From Octopus sinensis (taxonomy: Eukaryota), in contig NC_043015.1 in assembly GCF_006345805.1 (NCBI RefSeq), positions 32,426,001-32,490,000 of the forward strand: a stretch of 64,000 bases of DNA. The letters are read 5' to 3'. The translations under genes were made by a program, and so were the position numbers. The notes under the pieces are model-generated. The model was given only the letters and a program-made list of their open reading frames with translations, ran no database searches and was not told where the DNA came from. This document shows positions 52,711 through 64,000 of this stretch, piece after piece. Position 1 is the stretch's first letter. Every line of letters begins with the position of its first letter.

Positions 52711-54197
52711 TTAGTGAAAATTAAAATAAGGAATCAAAACTTTCAATTTTCCTTTTGCAAGTTTGTCCGAGCTATATACTTGGCATCTTTTCTTGGCAAC
52801 GACTCCATTGATGTTTGGGGCTAAGTTCTGTGTTGTTGAGACTCTCAGGATGGATTGCAGGGGTTCAGGCGACTCCTCTGTGCCGTTTCGTTCATCTTCA
52901 TCACAGAGAACAGCTGCTCGCACAGATTTGTGCTTCCAAACGAAGACAGCGTTAGAGCTGCATGTAAACGGACCTGGGGCATTGCTACAGGTATGAAGCG
53001 AGGGAACTGTGCAGGCCCCACAGTCATACTCTGCTTTTAAAGTTCCATCCCATTGCAGTTCTGTCAGCTCCATTTGAATCTGTACAGGCGCAGTCTCCAC
53101 ATGGACGGAAAATGGGTTGCGAAGCAGCTCGAAATTATTTTTCTGTGCTTCAAATGTCACTAAAGTGCCATGCAAATTCAGTGTGGAGCACACTCAATTG
53201 ATCAGCAAAGTGTTACTTTGAGAACACCGTGGCACTGACTTAGCTTAACATTACTTGGTAAAAGGGAAAGTCAGAAAAGTTCAATTGGTGCATTTGTGTC
53301 TCCCGTAAGCGCAGTTTCACTTGAAATGCATTCACAGCGTCATACATATCACAGATCATGCGATTCCATCCCTGGAGCTGGATGTTTAAAACAATGTGAT
53401 GCGCAGTTATGTCAACCGGAAACGCCAACTCGCATTTCCACGTTTCATCCCACAGAATTTTGGATTCTTTTCCTTTACCGTCCGTGAACTGACATATCTC
53501 CTCAATCAGATCGAAAACTATATTGAGGACCTTTCTCCGACTGAGCCGCCGCACCTCCATACGATAAAGCACGTCACCGAACTCCGAATGCATTTCTCGC
53601 AGGAAAGACTGAAATTGGCGGTGATTTAACTCTTTGGCACGGATAAAGTTTCAGTGCTCATTATAAGTTCCATTTGTAAGGCTTTAGCGCACAGAATTTC
53701 CTGGTGTATGATGCAGCGATATGTTGTCATCTCACCATCGCAGTTCTCTTCTTGCATCTTTAAACATATCCTATCCACTAGTCCACTTTTTTCACCGCAC
53801 ATCCCCGGTGATCTATCTGTTGTAAGTCCAACAAGTTTGTCCTGAGGCAGTTTCATGTCGGTTACACTCTGACATATTTTTTTCAAAAAAGTCCTTTCCT
53901 GTTGTTGCCCCATGCATTCATTTAATGTCCTAAATTTCTCTCCCTCACGAACAAATTGGAGTCTACTCCACGGATAAAGATAGCAAGCTGTGTCGTATCA
54001 GTCGTGTCATTAGTCTCATACACAGCAGGAGAGTGAGCAACAAAATCTTTCCCTGTTTCAATCAACTGTCTTTTCAAATCAGTGGCCATCCCACACACCC
54101 GATCAGTAACCGTATTTCTGCTAATACTCACATTAACAAACAGTTGTTTCTTGTCTGGACAAAAAACGTCACACAGAATATATTTTGAAGGAATCAA
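52711..54197 (-). mobile_element. Decayed hAT DNA transposon, Buster/SPIN/GTF2IRD2-like transposase (5'-truncated, frameshifted)
   Basis: Consecutive minus-strand fragments: SISRNTVTDRV, TDTTQLAIFIRGVD, LTTDRSPGMCG, RCIIHQEILCAK, EVRRLSRRKVL, ELAFPVDITAH..LNIQLQG, FELLRNPF, FGSTNLCEQLFSVMK (hAT dimerisation domain). At least four frameshifts; no TIRs found. Confidence 0.92.
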
Positions 54198-55859
54198 CGT
54201 TTATTTGGTATAAGCTGACCTGTTAGAAATAGCAGTCAAACAAAACTGCCTCATATCACACCGCTATTATTTTACAACAGGTAGAAAACATGCGATAATG
54301 TAGGCTTAGAAACACAGTCTATCAGACTGATAGCGGTCAGAATGACTTCGATCATAGGTGTGATCGATTGGAGTAGATTTGAAGCTAAACAAATATAACA
54401 ACCAACCGACCAATCAGCCAGCGAATAAACCATCGTGTTTATATGAATGACTGTATATATTTGCATAATTTTTACATATATTTCTTTTTTCAACAGGTGG
54501 TTTCATTAATTAAATAATTATTTTACTATTTTGAAATATGTAAATGTAATGATATCAGTAATGTGGCTTTGAATATTTAAATTGAATTTTGCAGGGCATT
54601 ACTAGAAAATATATTACATAATTAAATTACACGTAACTCTTCTCTCTGCTATAATGCAATGCAAATTTGGTAATGTATCTTGAGGGGCCTCCATATGGAA
54701 CTGCTTCTGAGGTTGGAAACGATTAAGAGCAGCTGACATCCTGAAAATGGCGCTATGATTAATAAAATTCTTATATCAGCAACAAAAAAAAAATTCATTT
54801 TTAATAACTATAAAATGGATTTGGGGAACTTGAAAAATTTAAAATTATTATTAAATTAAATGGGTTGTGCAATTATAGAAAAGGTTAGAGCCCTGTAGTC
54901 TATGCTTTGAATTGCTTCGCTTTATTAGTCCTAGGTTCCGAGGTCGAATCTGCGACTGCTAACTTTTATCTTACCAATGTCGCGTTTGAGTTTTTGTAGC
55001 TGCTATGAGGTGTGCTAATGGCAGGTTCGATCCACTGTATCTGCTCTTCCTAATGTTTTAGTCATGTGTCAGTGTAGGAAACCGTTATTGTACTGGTGGC
55101 CTTATCAATAATGTATAGGACTCGAGACAATAAGACGACCTGTTCGCGGCTGACCGAAATAGCCTCCAAACACCGTCATACTATATTCAAAGCATAAACA
55201 CACATTCGTTAACGTACTCCAAGATACACATGATTTCCAATCGGAATTCCACGTATGACAATTGTCTTCTTCCATAGTCATGGATCGAGCCAAACCTTGT
55301 GGTTTAAATTCTTTCTCCCTCTTTTTCTAGGCAAACATGAAGATCTGAAAATATTTTGAATTATGCGCCTTCTCCTCGGATTAAAAAATAAAACACTAAC
55401 AATACAAGGTTTTTACGTTCTCAGTCAATGGAGGGCATTATATAAAAACAGATAAAGCAGAGGGTTCGCGTTTTGAAACTAGTAATGAACTTTTCCTTTG
55501 TCATAAATGTGTTTTACTCTGTGTGTGTCTAAAGGCCTACCTTGCTAAAGATAAGAGCGGACAATTTCAATACTGATGAAGTCTATTAATACAGATCCAC
55601 GTATCCACAGTCGCCCTCTATTCTCCAGATAATCTGTGTGCTTTCCCTTCATGGCATGTTCATTATGGAGAAAATCTTGATTTGGTTCTTGTATTAACTA
55701 CCATCAGCGTTTTATCCACCCTTCATGGAAGTGGAAGCTGCATCAAGGTTCTCTGGATCTATTCTTTTCTACAAAACGAGTGCTACAAATATATACATAT
55801 TATAAAAAAATGTAGAGTAATCATGTTATGTTATGTGTGACTTAAAACCAGCCAGCCCG

Positions 55860-56250
55860 CGTGACTTACAGACATTTGGGATACTCAACTGGTCTTCAGA
55901 AGAAATCTACTCCATCGACATTAAAATGCGCAAAATACTGACTTTACCTATAAATTTTCACACAACGTGATATTGACAGATATAAAAAAAAATAGGGAGG
56001 AAGAGGTTGAAGATTAATAAAGACAACTATCGGGTGTCGTATGGTATTAGTCAGCATCTGGTAAAGGGTAGCACAAAAATAATTACATCAGTCAAGTGCT
56101 CAAAAATGAAGTGAATAACATTTATTGCTTGATGAACTCCCATAGGACTCCAGAGGCGCAGGATTATCATATCTGAGCAAGGAGCGAGAAGATAAGCTCT
56201 ACAAATTACGAAAAAGATCATTCATGGGGATATTTCCCGTAAACTTAATG
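55860..56250 (+). mobile_element. Decayed R4/Dong-type LINE remnant (post-RT region)
   Basis: TFGILNWSSEEIYSIDIKMRKILTLPINFH..DIDR..GGRG and ..IHGIF (cf. LHG). Confidence 0.7.
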
Positions 56251-56264
56251 AGGATGATAATATT

Positions 56265-56690
56265 GGTTCCGAATTTTGGCACACGACCATCAAGTCATGG
56301 GTAAGTCGATACATCGATCCCAGTGTTCAATTGGTACTTATTAATATCGAAAGTCAAAGTCGACCACGACGGACTTTAAGCCCAGCATATAAAGACGGAC
56401 AAGGTTCCGCTAGGTATTGTTCCCAGCGAGCTAACGATGCTACCAGCTCGCCCCCTTAAGGAGGATGATAACATTGATATCAAATTTTGGCACAATGCCA
56501 GCAATTTCGGGGAGGGGGCAAGTTAATTGCGTTGACCCCAGTACTCAACTGGTATTTATTTTATCAACCACGAAAGGAGGAATGTCAAAGGCGACCTCGG
56601 TGTAATTTGATCTTAGAATGTGAAGACGGACAAAATGCCGCTAAGCATTTCGTCCAGCAAGCTAACGATTCTCTCAGCTCACCACCTTAA
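56265..56690 (-). mobile_element. Two tandem SINE family B copies
   Basis: Each has aattttggcac tail, ccc/tcccagt..ggta core, aaagtcgacc or aaggcgacctcgg, and gctaacgat..cagctc head. Confidence 0.8.
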
Positions 56691-57289
56691 AAAGGATATT
56701 ATTTACATGAAATGATGTCTTGCAAACAACTTGCACATGCAAGTGCTACCAGTTAAAAGCTCCGTATACCGGAAGCTAACAAGTGTATGGGGTCATCAGG
56801 AGAGAATGCGCGCCGTTTCGGGGCCTACCTCTCGGTGGCATCAATGCGCACCGGCCCCCCTCACTGATATGAGGCCCCGCTTGCTAGATCAGCTGGTTAT
56901 GAAGAACTCAATATACTTCTAGCCATCGCTCATCGTCTCTTTTTAACCAAATCCAGTGGCTAGCCTTCTCCACTGTTTTGGAATTTGTGGCCGTTACACC
57001 ACGTCACATCTGGAAGGCTGTGGTTTTACAATCTAAGAGCAGGAGATAGCTACGAATTACCTAATGAACAGATGAACCAAAGATGAAATAGTGTAGATTA
57101 TGCTACTTATCTATGGTTGACATGACACGTGTAATCAGTAGCTGCTACAAGATGTCATAGAACACTACGTTTCACTGTTCTATACTGCTAAATGCCAACG
57201 GCAGGCAAGGCCACCTTGGGATAAATATATACAACACCTCTTCTCAATACATACATATCAGCTTAAGGAATATTGGTGAAGTATTCCCA

Positions 57290-57650
57290 TTAGATCCTCT
57301 GCCAAAAGCAAACATAACAAAACTTGATATAATCATTTCGAATAGGAAAGGAAAGTGATGTACACTTGCAGAGGTTAGCTGTACTGCAGATGTAAAGATA
57401 TGTTACGAAATCGGCGAGAAAGAAAATATTTATGAATAATTGCTTTGAAACCTGCTACGCGTCTACTCTGATTATAACTTCCCATTTACACCGATAGTCG
57501 TTCATGCACTGAGATATGTCAGTAAATTTCTAAACGACAAGGTTAAAACCTAGGATTTTCAATCAAAGAATGAAATGAACTAACACGCACTTTGCAGATA
57601 AATTCTCTAAGTGCAACAGTAAAATTAACAACACTTTCCCGGAGATCAAT
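57290..57650 (+). mobile_element. Decayed RLE-type LINE endonuclease remnant
   Basis: LDIIISNRKGK*CTLAEVSCTADV..EKENIYE*LL*NL..YSDYNFPFTPIVVHAL (cf. PDIV..K.C..EVSCP.D..EK..Y..IP.VGALG). Possibly the continuation of 55860-56250. Confidence 0.65.
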
Positions 57651-57829
57651 ATTCAAAGAATAGTCGCTGTTGTTTTCCAAGTTCCAGTAATGGCGGTGCT
57701 GCTTCTTTGTTAGAAATCGGTACCCTTCTTCTAAGAAGAAGTTGATGAATAAAAACAAATAAATGAATGCACAAGAATACATAACATGTATGTTCACAGA
57801 TCGAATTGTATGTAAATATAAACATCTAC

Positions 57830-58030
57830 ATGTATGTATGTATGTATGTATGTATGTATGCATGTATGCATGTATGTATGTATGTATGTATGTATGTATG
57901 TATGTATGTATGTATGTATGTATGTACGTATGTATGTATGTATGTATGTATGTATGTATGTATGTATGTATGTATGTATGTATGTGAGTATGTATGTATG
58001 TATGTATGTATGTATGTACCTATCTATCTA
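57830..58030. repeat. (TATG)n microsatellite
   Basis: Directly visible. Confidence 0.97.
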
Positions 58031-58337
58031 TATACACACAATATAATATAATACACACACATACATACACAAACATACATGAATATATATATATATATAT
58101 ATGCATGCATGCATACGTACATTCACCCACACACGCACACACAGATATATACACAAACATACATAAATATATATATACATACATGCATGCATACGTTCAT
58201 GCACACACACACTCACACACTCACACACACACACGTATATATATGCATATATAAAAATTATAACTATTACAATACAATAGTATTATTTTCCAGCGAAATA
58301 AAGCACAGTAAAAGTAGAATTAAAAACAGAAATAGTG

Positions 58338-58368
<31 letters not shown>

Positions 58369-58519
58369 GTGCAGTGAATAAATTGTCGTCCAAATTACGC
58401 ATAAATGAAAACAACAGATTTGTCAGATCATTAAGAATGAAATGGGCGATTTTGAACTGAAAGTCTATTTTTCTTGGTCTCAACAAAAAGCAAAGCAGTT
58501 AATCAAGGACTTTGCACCT

Positions 58520-58990
58520 AAATTATGAACACAAGTTTGCCATTTCATCGGTAGCTTATTTATGCCGGCAGCGAAGAATTCTGGAGAGTAAGAAGTGATG
58601 AAATCATGAAAGGCTGTTTTTGCATTTTCTTCAGATTTAAATTTGCTTCCTTGAAAAAGTTGTTTAATGCCTGGAGAAAGTGATGATAGTCAGTTGGTGC
58701 AAAGTCTGGCGAATATGGTGGATGACAGAGTACTTCCAAGTTCAGTTCTTGTAACATGAGTAGAGTTCTTTGTGCAACATGTGGTCAAGAATTGTCTTGC
58801 AAGAGAACTGACCTGTCTTTATTGACAGGTCAGTTCTCTTGCAAGGTCAGTTTATTGAAGTTCACTTACCATTTCATCCAATTGTTTGATGTATACATCC
58901 GCTGTAGTTGACTTACCAGGTCTCAGGAAGCTGTAGTGGATGGCACCAATGCTGGACCACCAGACACCATTAGCCTTTTTTTGGTGAATA
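58520..58990 (-). mobile_element. Mariner (Tc1/mariner, DD34D) transposase remnant, C-terminal half
   Basis: VWWSSIGAIHYSFLRPGKSTTADVYIKQLDEM; VNKDRSVLLQDN; LEVLCHPPYSPDFAPTDYH (YSPDL motif). Confidence 0.9.
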
Positions 58991-59339
58991 TTCTTATATA
59001 TATATATAGGCATGGTTATATCTATAAAAACATTCATATTTACAAAAATGCATAAATACATATAAACTATTATATACAAATTTATACACACACATAACGG
59101 GCAGACGAATACTAAATTTCAGGTTTTACTGAAAAAATATCTAAGGAAAGAAGTATGAGGACTTTTATAAAGTAAATGTAAAATGTTTGGCGTATTAGAG
59201 ACCAGGGCCAATACATAAGGATCACTTATTCATTACCATCGGGCACGTGTATATGGACACTCAAACACAAGTGGTATGTTCACAATAGCAATGATACCAA
59301 AATTCCACCCACTCATGAAAATATAATGCAAGAGATGAA

Positions 59340-59760
59340 TATCACGTTGGGGAGACAATTTTTTTGTAAGTATTTTAATCGATGTCTGCAATTGACAATC
59401 AATTCATTATGCTTATTACGTAAATGTCGGCTATCAGTCATGTTAATGGCCAGAGCGTCTCGTAAACATAATCTGCTGCCGCGACCAGCCACATGATAAA
59501 GAGATGCGGAATCGTTAAGAGACCACTAGATTTCAAATTTCACACGTCTCGATTTTAAATTAAAGATATATTCAGCTAACGAAGTAGAAAGTCGGATTTT
59601 CACATTACTAAACACGTGATGACGCATATGGATCCGGTTTTTAACAATGCTGGTTGTAGAATCTATATAATGTTTCGAAGTATTATTAGTATCTTCGGTG
59701 TTTGTATAAGCAATTTTGTTTTTGATCACACAATTCCTATCAAAAGAGTAGACTCAAGAC
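59340..59760 (-). mobile_element. Penelope-like element GIY-YIG endonuclease remnant
   Basis: KHYIDSTTSIVKNRIHMRHHVFSN..STSLAEYIFNLK..FEI*WSL..Y..RLCL..LRNKHNELIVNCRH matches the PLE C-terminal pattern YIG.T..FK.R..H..ST.LS.YIW.LK..W.I..C.LC..LN.R.E..CRH. Confidence 0.75.
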
Positions 59761-60167
59761 ATCCTACAATTAAAGACAAAAATGTTATTAACCGGAGGAG
59801 GCGCTGATAAAGTTCCAGTGGGGTGCAGAGGACCAATGATAGTAGCGAAGCGTGCATGTACGGTAATTTGCTGTATATTAAAGTGATTGTTAAAGGTGAA
59901 ACCCAGCTTGGCTGATCCTGGGTTTATCTTTACTTTCCTTCCTTAGGCTAGGTGAATTCTCTGTAATATTTGTAATTTTAGTTATGTGGTGTGGAGGAAA
60001 TCTCGGCTGAATAGTCTGAATGTATTAGGGGGCGGAATAATGGACACAGGTTAAGAGTGGTAAAATAAGAGTCTTAAACAGTGTGTTGCTTAAAAATATA
60101 CTCTTCTGATTATGTGGAAGGTATTCGATAAAATATGTACTAATTAATGATTAAGTATAATAGACTA

Positions 60168-60290
60168 CGTGGAGGCACATGGCCTAGTGGTTAGAGCAGT
60201 GGACTCGCTCGCGGTCCGGGGATCGCGGATTCGAATCTCAGACCGAGCGATGTGTGCGCTTATGACCGAAGCACCTAAGCTCCATGAGGT
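60168..60290 (+). mobile_element. SINE family D head fragment
   Basis: gtggaggcacatggcctagtggttagagcagtggactcgc..ggattcgaatctcagaccg..cacctaagctccatgagg, homologous to the head of 13167-13550. Confidence 0.8.
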
Positions 60291-60566
60291 TTTACGGCCC
60301 ACCCTGACACCAGCCACGGGTATTTCTGGATAACCGTGCTCAGATGAATTGTCATCACATATGCTAGTTATCCCATAGCTCTGGACTCTTACAGATGCTA
60401 TTTCTCTGCATCAGAATAAATCTGATAACAATAGGGACCAATAAGTGTATCCATATTCCACATAACTCTGGAACAACCGAAACAGTGCCCCGGATGTAGC
60501 TTAGAGTCATACACAAAACGTTATATATATATATAAATACACGCACACGCACACACATACACACAC

Positions 60567-60629
<63 letters not shown>

Positions 60630-60942
60630 ATATACACGGAAATATATGTATATATGTGTTTGTGAGTGTGTGTGTGTTGGGGGGGGGTGAATATATAATA
60701 ATGTGTTTATCTGTGTCCGTGCATATATATGTTTATCTCTGTATATATAATTTGAAATAATAACTTGCTTTTTTAAACCTGCAACTCCGCTCCAAACATT
60801 TCCCGATAAATTGCATTTGAGCAGCAAATATCGTTATAATAAATAAGAAAAGGTATTTGTACTCTACATTTCAATTATTCAGGTGTTTTCAATTATTTGG
60901 GAAACAACGATTGGATGATACACACCTTGATAATTAGTTTAC

Positions 60943-60974
<32 letters not shown>

Positions 60975-61055
60975 ACAGCAAAAACAACAATGGCAGAAAC
61001 AAGAGGAACACCACCCCCAACAACAACAATAGTAATGAAGTTGATGATGATGATG

Positions 61056-61086
<31 letters not shown>

Positions 61087-61323
61087 TAGGTGCAGGCTTG
61101 GCTGTGTGGTAAGAGGTTTGCTGTTCAACTACATGTTTCCGGGTTCAATCAGACCGTTGGCACCTTGAGCAAGAGCCTTCTACCATACCCTCGGGCCAAC
61201 CAATTCCTTGTGAGTTGATTTGGTACACGAAAACAAGTCCGTCGTGTGTATGTATTTGTGTTTCTGTCTGTGTTTGTCTCCCTTCACCAGTTGATGACCA
61301 TTGTTGGTGTGTTTACGTCCTCG

Positions 61324-61325
<2 letters not shown>
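61087..61325 (+). mobile_element. Older SINE family A copy
   Basis: taggtgcaggcttggctgtgtggtaag..ccgggttcaatc..ggcaccttgagcaag..ctcgggccaacc..ccttgtgagttgatttggta. Confidence 0.8.
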
Positions 61326-61355
<30 letters not shown>

Positions 61356-61413
61356 TGTATGTATATATATATGTATATGTATATATGTATATGTATATAT
61401 CAGTGTATATATA

Positions 61414-61484
<71 letters not shown>

Positions 61485-61839
61485 ATGTATATGTATATGT
61501 ATATATCAGTGTGTGTGTGTGTATACATGTATCTACTGATAAATATGGGCGTGTGCGACCGTACATGAATAAGGAATTAACTCATATATGGTGAGCGGAA
61601 TTACTTGGAATAACACCGAGCTAATGCAAGTGAGATATATTCTTATAGGTTACCATTAAGGGATATTCTTAAAGGTTACCGCTTACGAATTGTGTAACTT
61701 CATGCGACATCGTGTAATCCCATCCATATGGCACGATTGAAGAATTGTGAAGATCTCTGGACATGAAATCATTGGTAGCCTTCTTACATCAGAAATACAG
61801 AATTCACAAACTCACTGTTAAGCACTCATTCGCTTATTA

Positions 61840-61929
<90 letters not shown>

Positions 61930-62170
61930 GCATGTGTGTATGTGTGTATAAGGGTGTGTGTTGTGTGTATGTATATATATATAATGTACTGTTACGTTCA
62001 ACAAAAAGTATTCCATGTATATGCTGCCTTCTCAATTCTTTCGCGTTTATTCTCTTATTCAGTTTTTAAAATTTAGTTATGATGTGTGGTTCGTGTCTGA
62101 TGATGATATCTGAGAAATTTCTCAGCATATGAAACTACTAATAGCACCTAAAGACGTATGTTATGTCCTT

Positions 62171-62208
62171 GAAGTAAAAATAATACATACATACATACAT
62201 ACATACAT

Positions 62209-62254
<46 letters not shown>

Positions 62255-62257
62255 GAA

Positions 62258-62296
<39 letters not shown>

Positions 62297-62451
62297 GTAA
62301 AAATAATACATACATACATACATACCACACACACACATACACACACACACACCACACACACACACACACATATATATATGAAGTATATATATATATATAT
62401 ATATATATATGAAGTAAAAATAATACATACATACATACATACATACACACA

Positions 62452-62490
<39 letters not shown>
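62171..62490. repeat. Higher-order repeat (~120 bp x 3) built from microsatellite blocks
   Basis: gaagtaaaaataat-(ACAT)n-(AC)n-(AT)n-gaagta-(TA)n, with units starting at ~62171, ~62294 and ~62411. Confidence 0.9.
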
Positions 62491-62492
<2 letters not shown>

Positions 62493-63216
62493 GTATTTTA
62501 TGATTGGTTAATTAACTATTGGTTAATTCTTCTGTAATTCTTTACATCATATAAAGAAAGGGAGGATTATAAAACCGGGATATTAAGAGCGCTAGAAGAA
62601 GAGATAATGGATGTCTGCACAAACCAGATTTGGTAGAAGCCAATGCGTAAAAGAATGTTACGTACAGTCGGAGAGAGTGAGAAAGAATAATAGATGATAC
62701 GAGTAAAGGCTGTAAATGATGGAGTAGTTACGTGAGGTGATATATAAACGAGAAATTTGTTAAATTACATGCTATGGCAATAAATTTTTTCCTTCTGAGA
62801 ATTATTATGCTGTTTCATCATTTTGTATAAGCACCATGACATTTGATAGCATTTGATAATTTGATAATTATTGTATGTATTGCACTTTTCATGCTATTAC
62901 CTATAGTGTCAAAAGTATAGCTCCAAAGTTGTTTGCCGTATGTAGGGTAACACTCAAGTACACTTTATAAACTACAATGCCTTTCAGTCTTATGATATTT
63001 TCAAACAATTCGTTTGACATGATCGTAAAATCGATGGAAACGCATTAGTGTTCGTAACCTATCTACGCAGCAAATAAATATAAAATGTCGGTGTTTTAAC
63101 GTCAGTGCAATTCTTTGATAGTAAGTTTGTCGTTATAATCACACAAGTGCTTCAAATATACGCACATACATTCACACATTCGGATATTTATATCTACTTA
63201 TCTACTTCATTTTCAG

Positions 63217-63364
63217 TTAACCTACATCTGCCAGTGCTGTCCTGGTTTTGAAGGGAAATACTGCGAGACATACAACCCATGCTACAATAATCTCTGTCAA
63301 AATGACGGAACTTGTATTCCAGACCCACAAAATGAAACCAACATCACGTGTTCGTGTACGCAAG
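63217..63364 (+). CDS. EYS: Next coding exon of the EYS-like gene: second half of EGF1 plus EGF2
   Basis: Acceptor ctacttcattttcag (AG 63215-63216). Phase-0 start; 148 nt = 49 codons + 1, encoding LTYICQCCPGFEGKYCETYNPCYNNLCQNDGTCIPDPQNETNITCSCTQ(G) with canonical EGF cysteine spacing. It completes the EGF begun at 36363-36499. Probable donor AAG|gcaagt (GC, phase 1). The exon was missed by the ORF track. Confidence 0.88.
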
Positions 63365-63526
63365 GCAAGTATGCAGGGTTATTTTTACCTTTGTGAATGA
63401 GAATTACGAAAAAGAGAAACTGCGTCAGACTGTAAATACATACATTCATACATATAAACGCGCATATAAACATACATACATTCATATACACGCACTCCAT
63501 CACTCTATTGAATTAAACAAACATAT

Positions 63527-63570
<44 letters not shown>

Positions 63571-64000
63571 TAAAAACGGTAAGTTAACAAAAAAAAGAAA
63601 GAGACCTAAATATTATGTAAAAGATGATACAAGACGGGGTAAGTTCACGATCAAAATTATTAATTTTGTGCCGAACTGGAAAGAAAAAAATGGGAAACAC
63701 GAAGAAATAAAGCAAAAAAAAAACAAACAAAAAAGAAACTGTAAGCTGTTGTTTAGGCGAAAATTGCCGTCTGGCGCTGGTCGAGATGCAGGTGCATACG
63801 TACGCGCGCGCACACATTCGTAGTATGTCACTCTCTCTACCTCCCCCTCTCTCCATTTTACATCCTATACGAACATTTCTGTTTTTGCTGTCTTGGCTTC
63901 TCTTTCACTTAGGTTTTGGCGGGCTCCTGTCAGCTGATGACCCCGTGAGACTATACGAATTTCTATTGCATAATCTAATTTGCAACTACACACATACACA

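Noticed and set aside
55565-55600. Other CTGATGA words (28532, 41690, 55574, 62098, 63935) as hammerheads
   Set aside because: No downstream helix II plus GAAA plus NUH arrangement.

Overview
Eukaryotic (metazoan) genomic DNA: AT-rich, dense in microsatellites and tRNA-headed SINEs. The repeat complement suggests an octopus/cephalopod genome (inference). I can support only two host coding exons, both on the + strand: 36363-36499 and 63217-63364, joined by a 26,717-nt phase-0 intron. Spliced, they encode an EYS (eyes shut)-like N-terminal segment and EGF repeats, and the second exon probably ends in a GC donor. The rest is intronic or intergenic. It holds at least four SINE families, a lesioned CR1-type LINE RT, several R4/Dong-type LINE remnants, a decayed hAT (Buster/SPIN/GTF2IRD2-like) transposase, a mariner remnant, a Penelope GIY-YIG remnant, a MITE, a 100-N gap and a near-identical ~1.06 kb tandem duplication. 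The main lead is three sequence-unrelated short elements, each embedded in (TA)n, that carry type I hammerhead ribozyme motifs. One of them joins a tRNA-derived Pol III head to an intact minimal hammerhead, making it a candidate ribozyme-bearing SINE mobilised by Penelope-like elements. Family labels A-E are my own working names. Most repeat boundaries are approximate. All protein-family assignments come from recalled motifs, not database searches.
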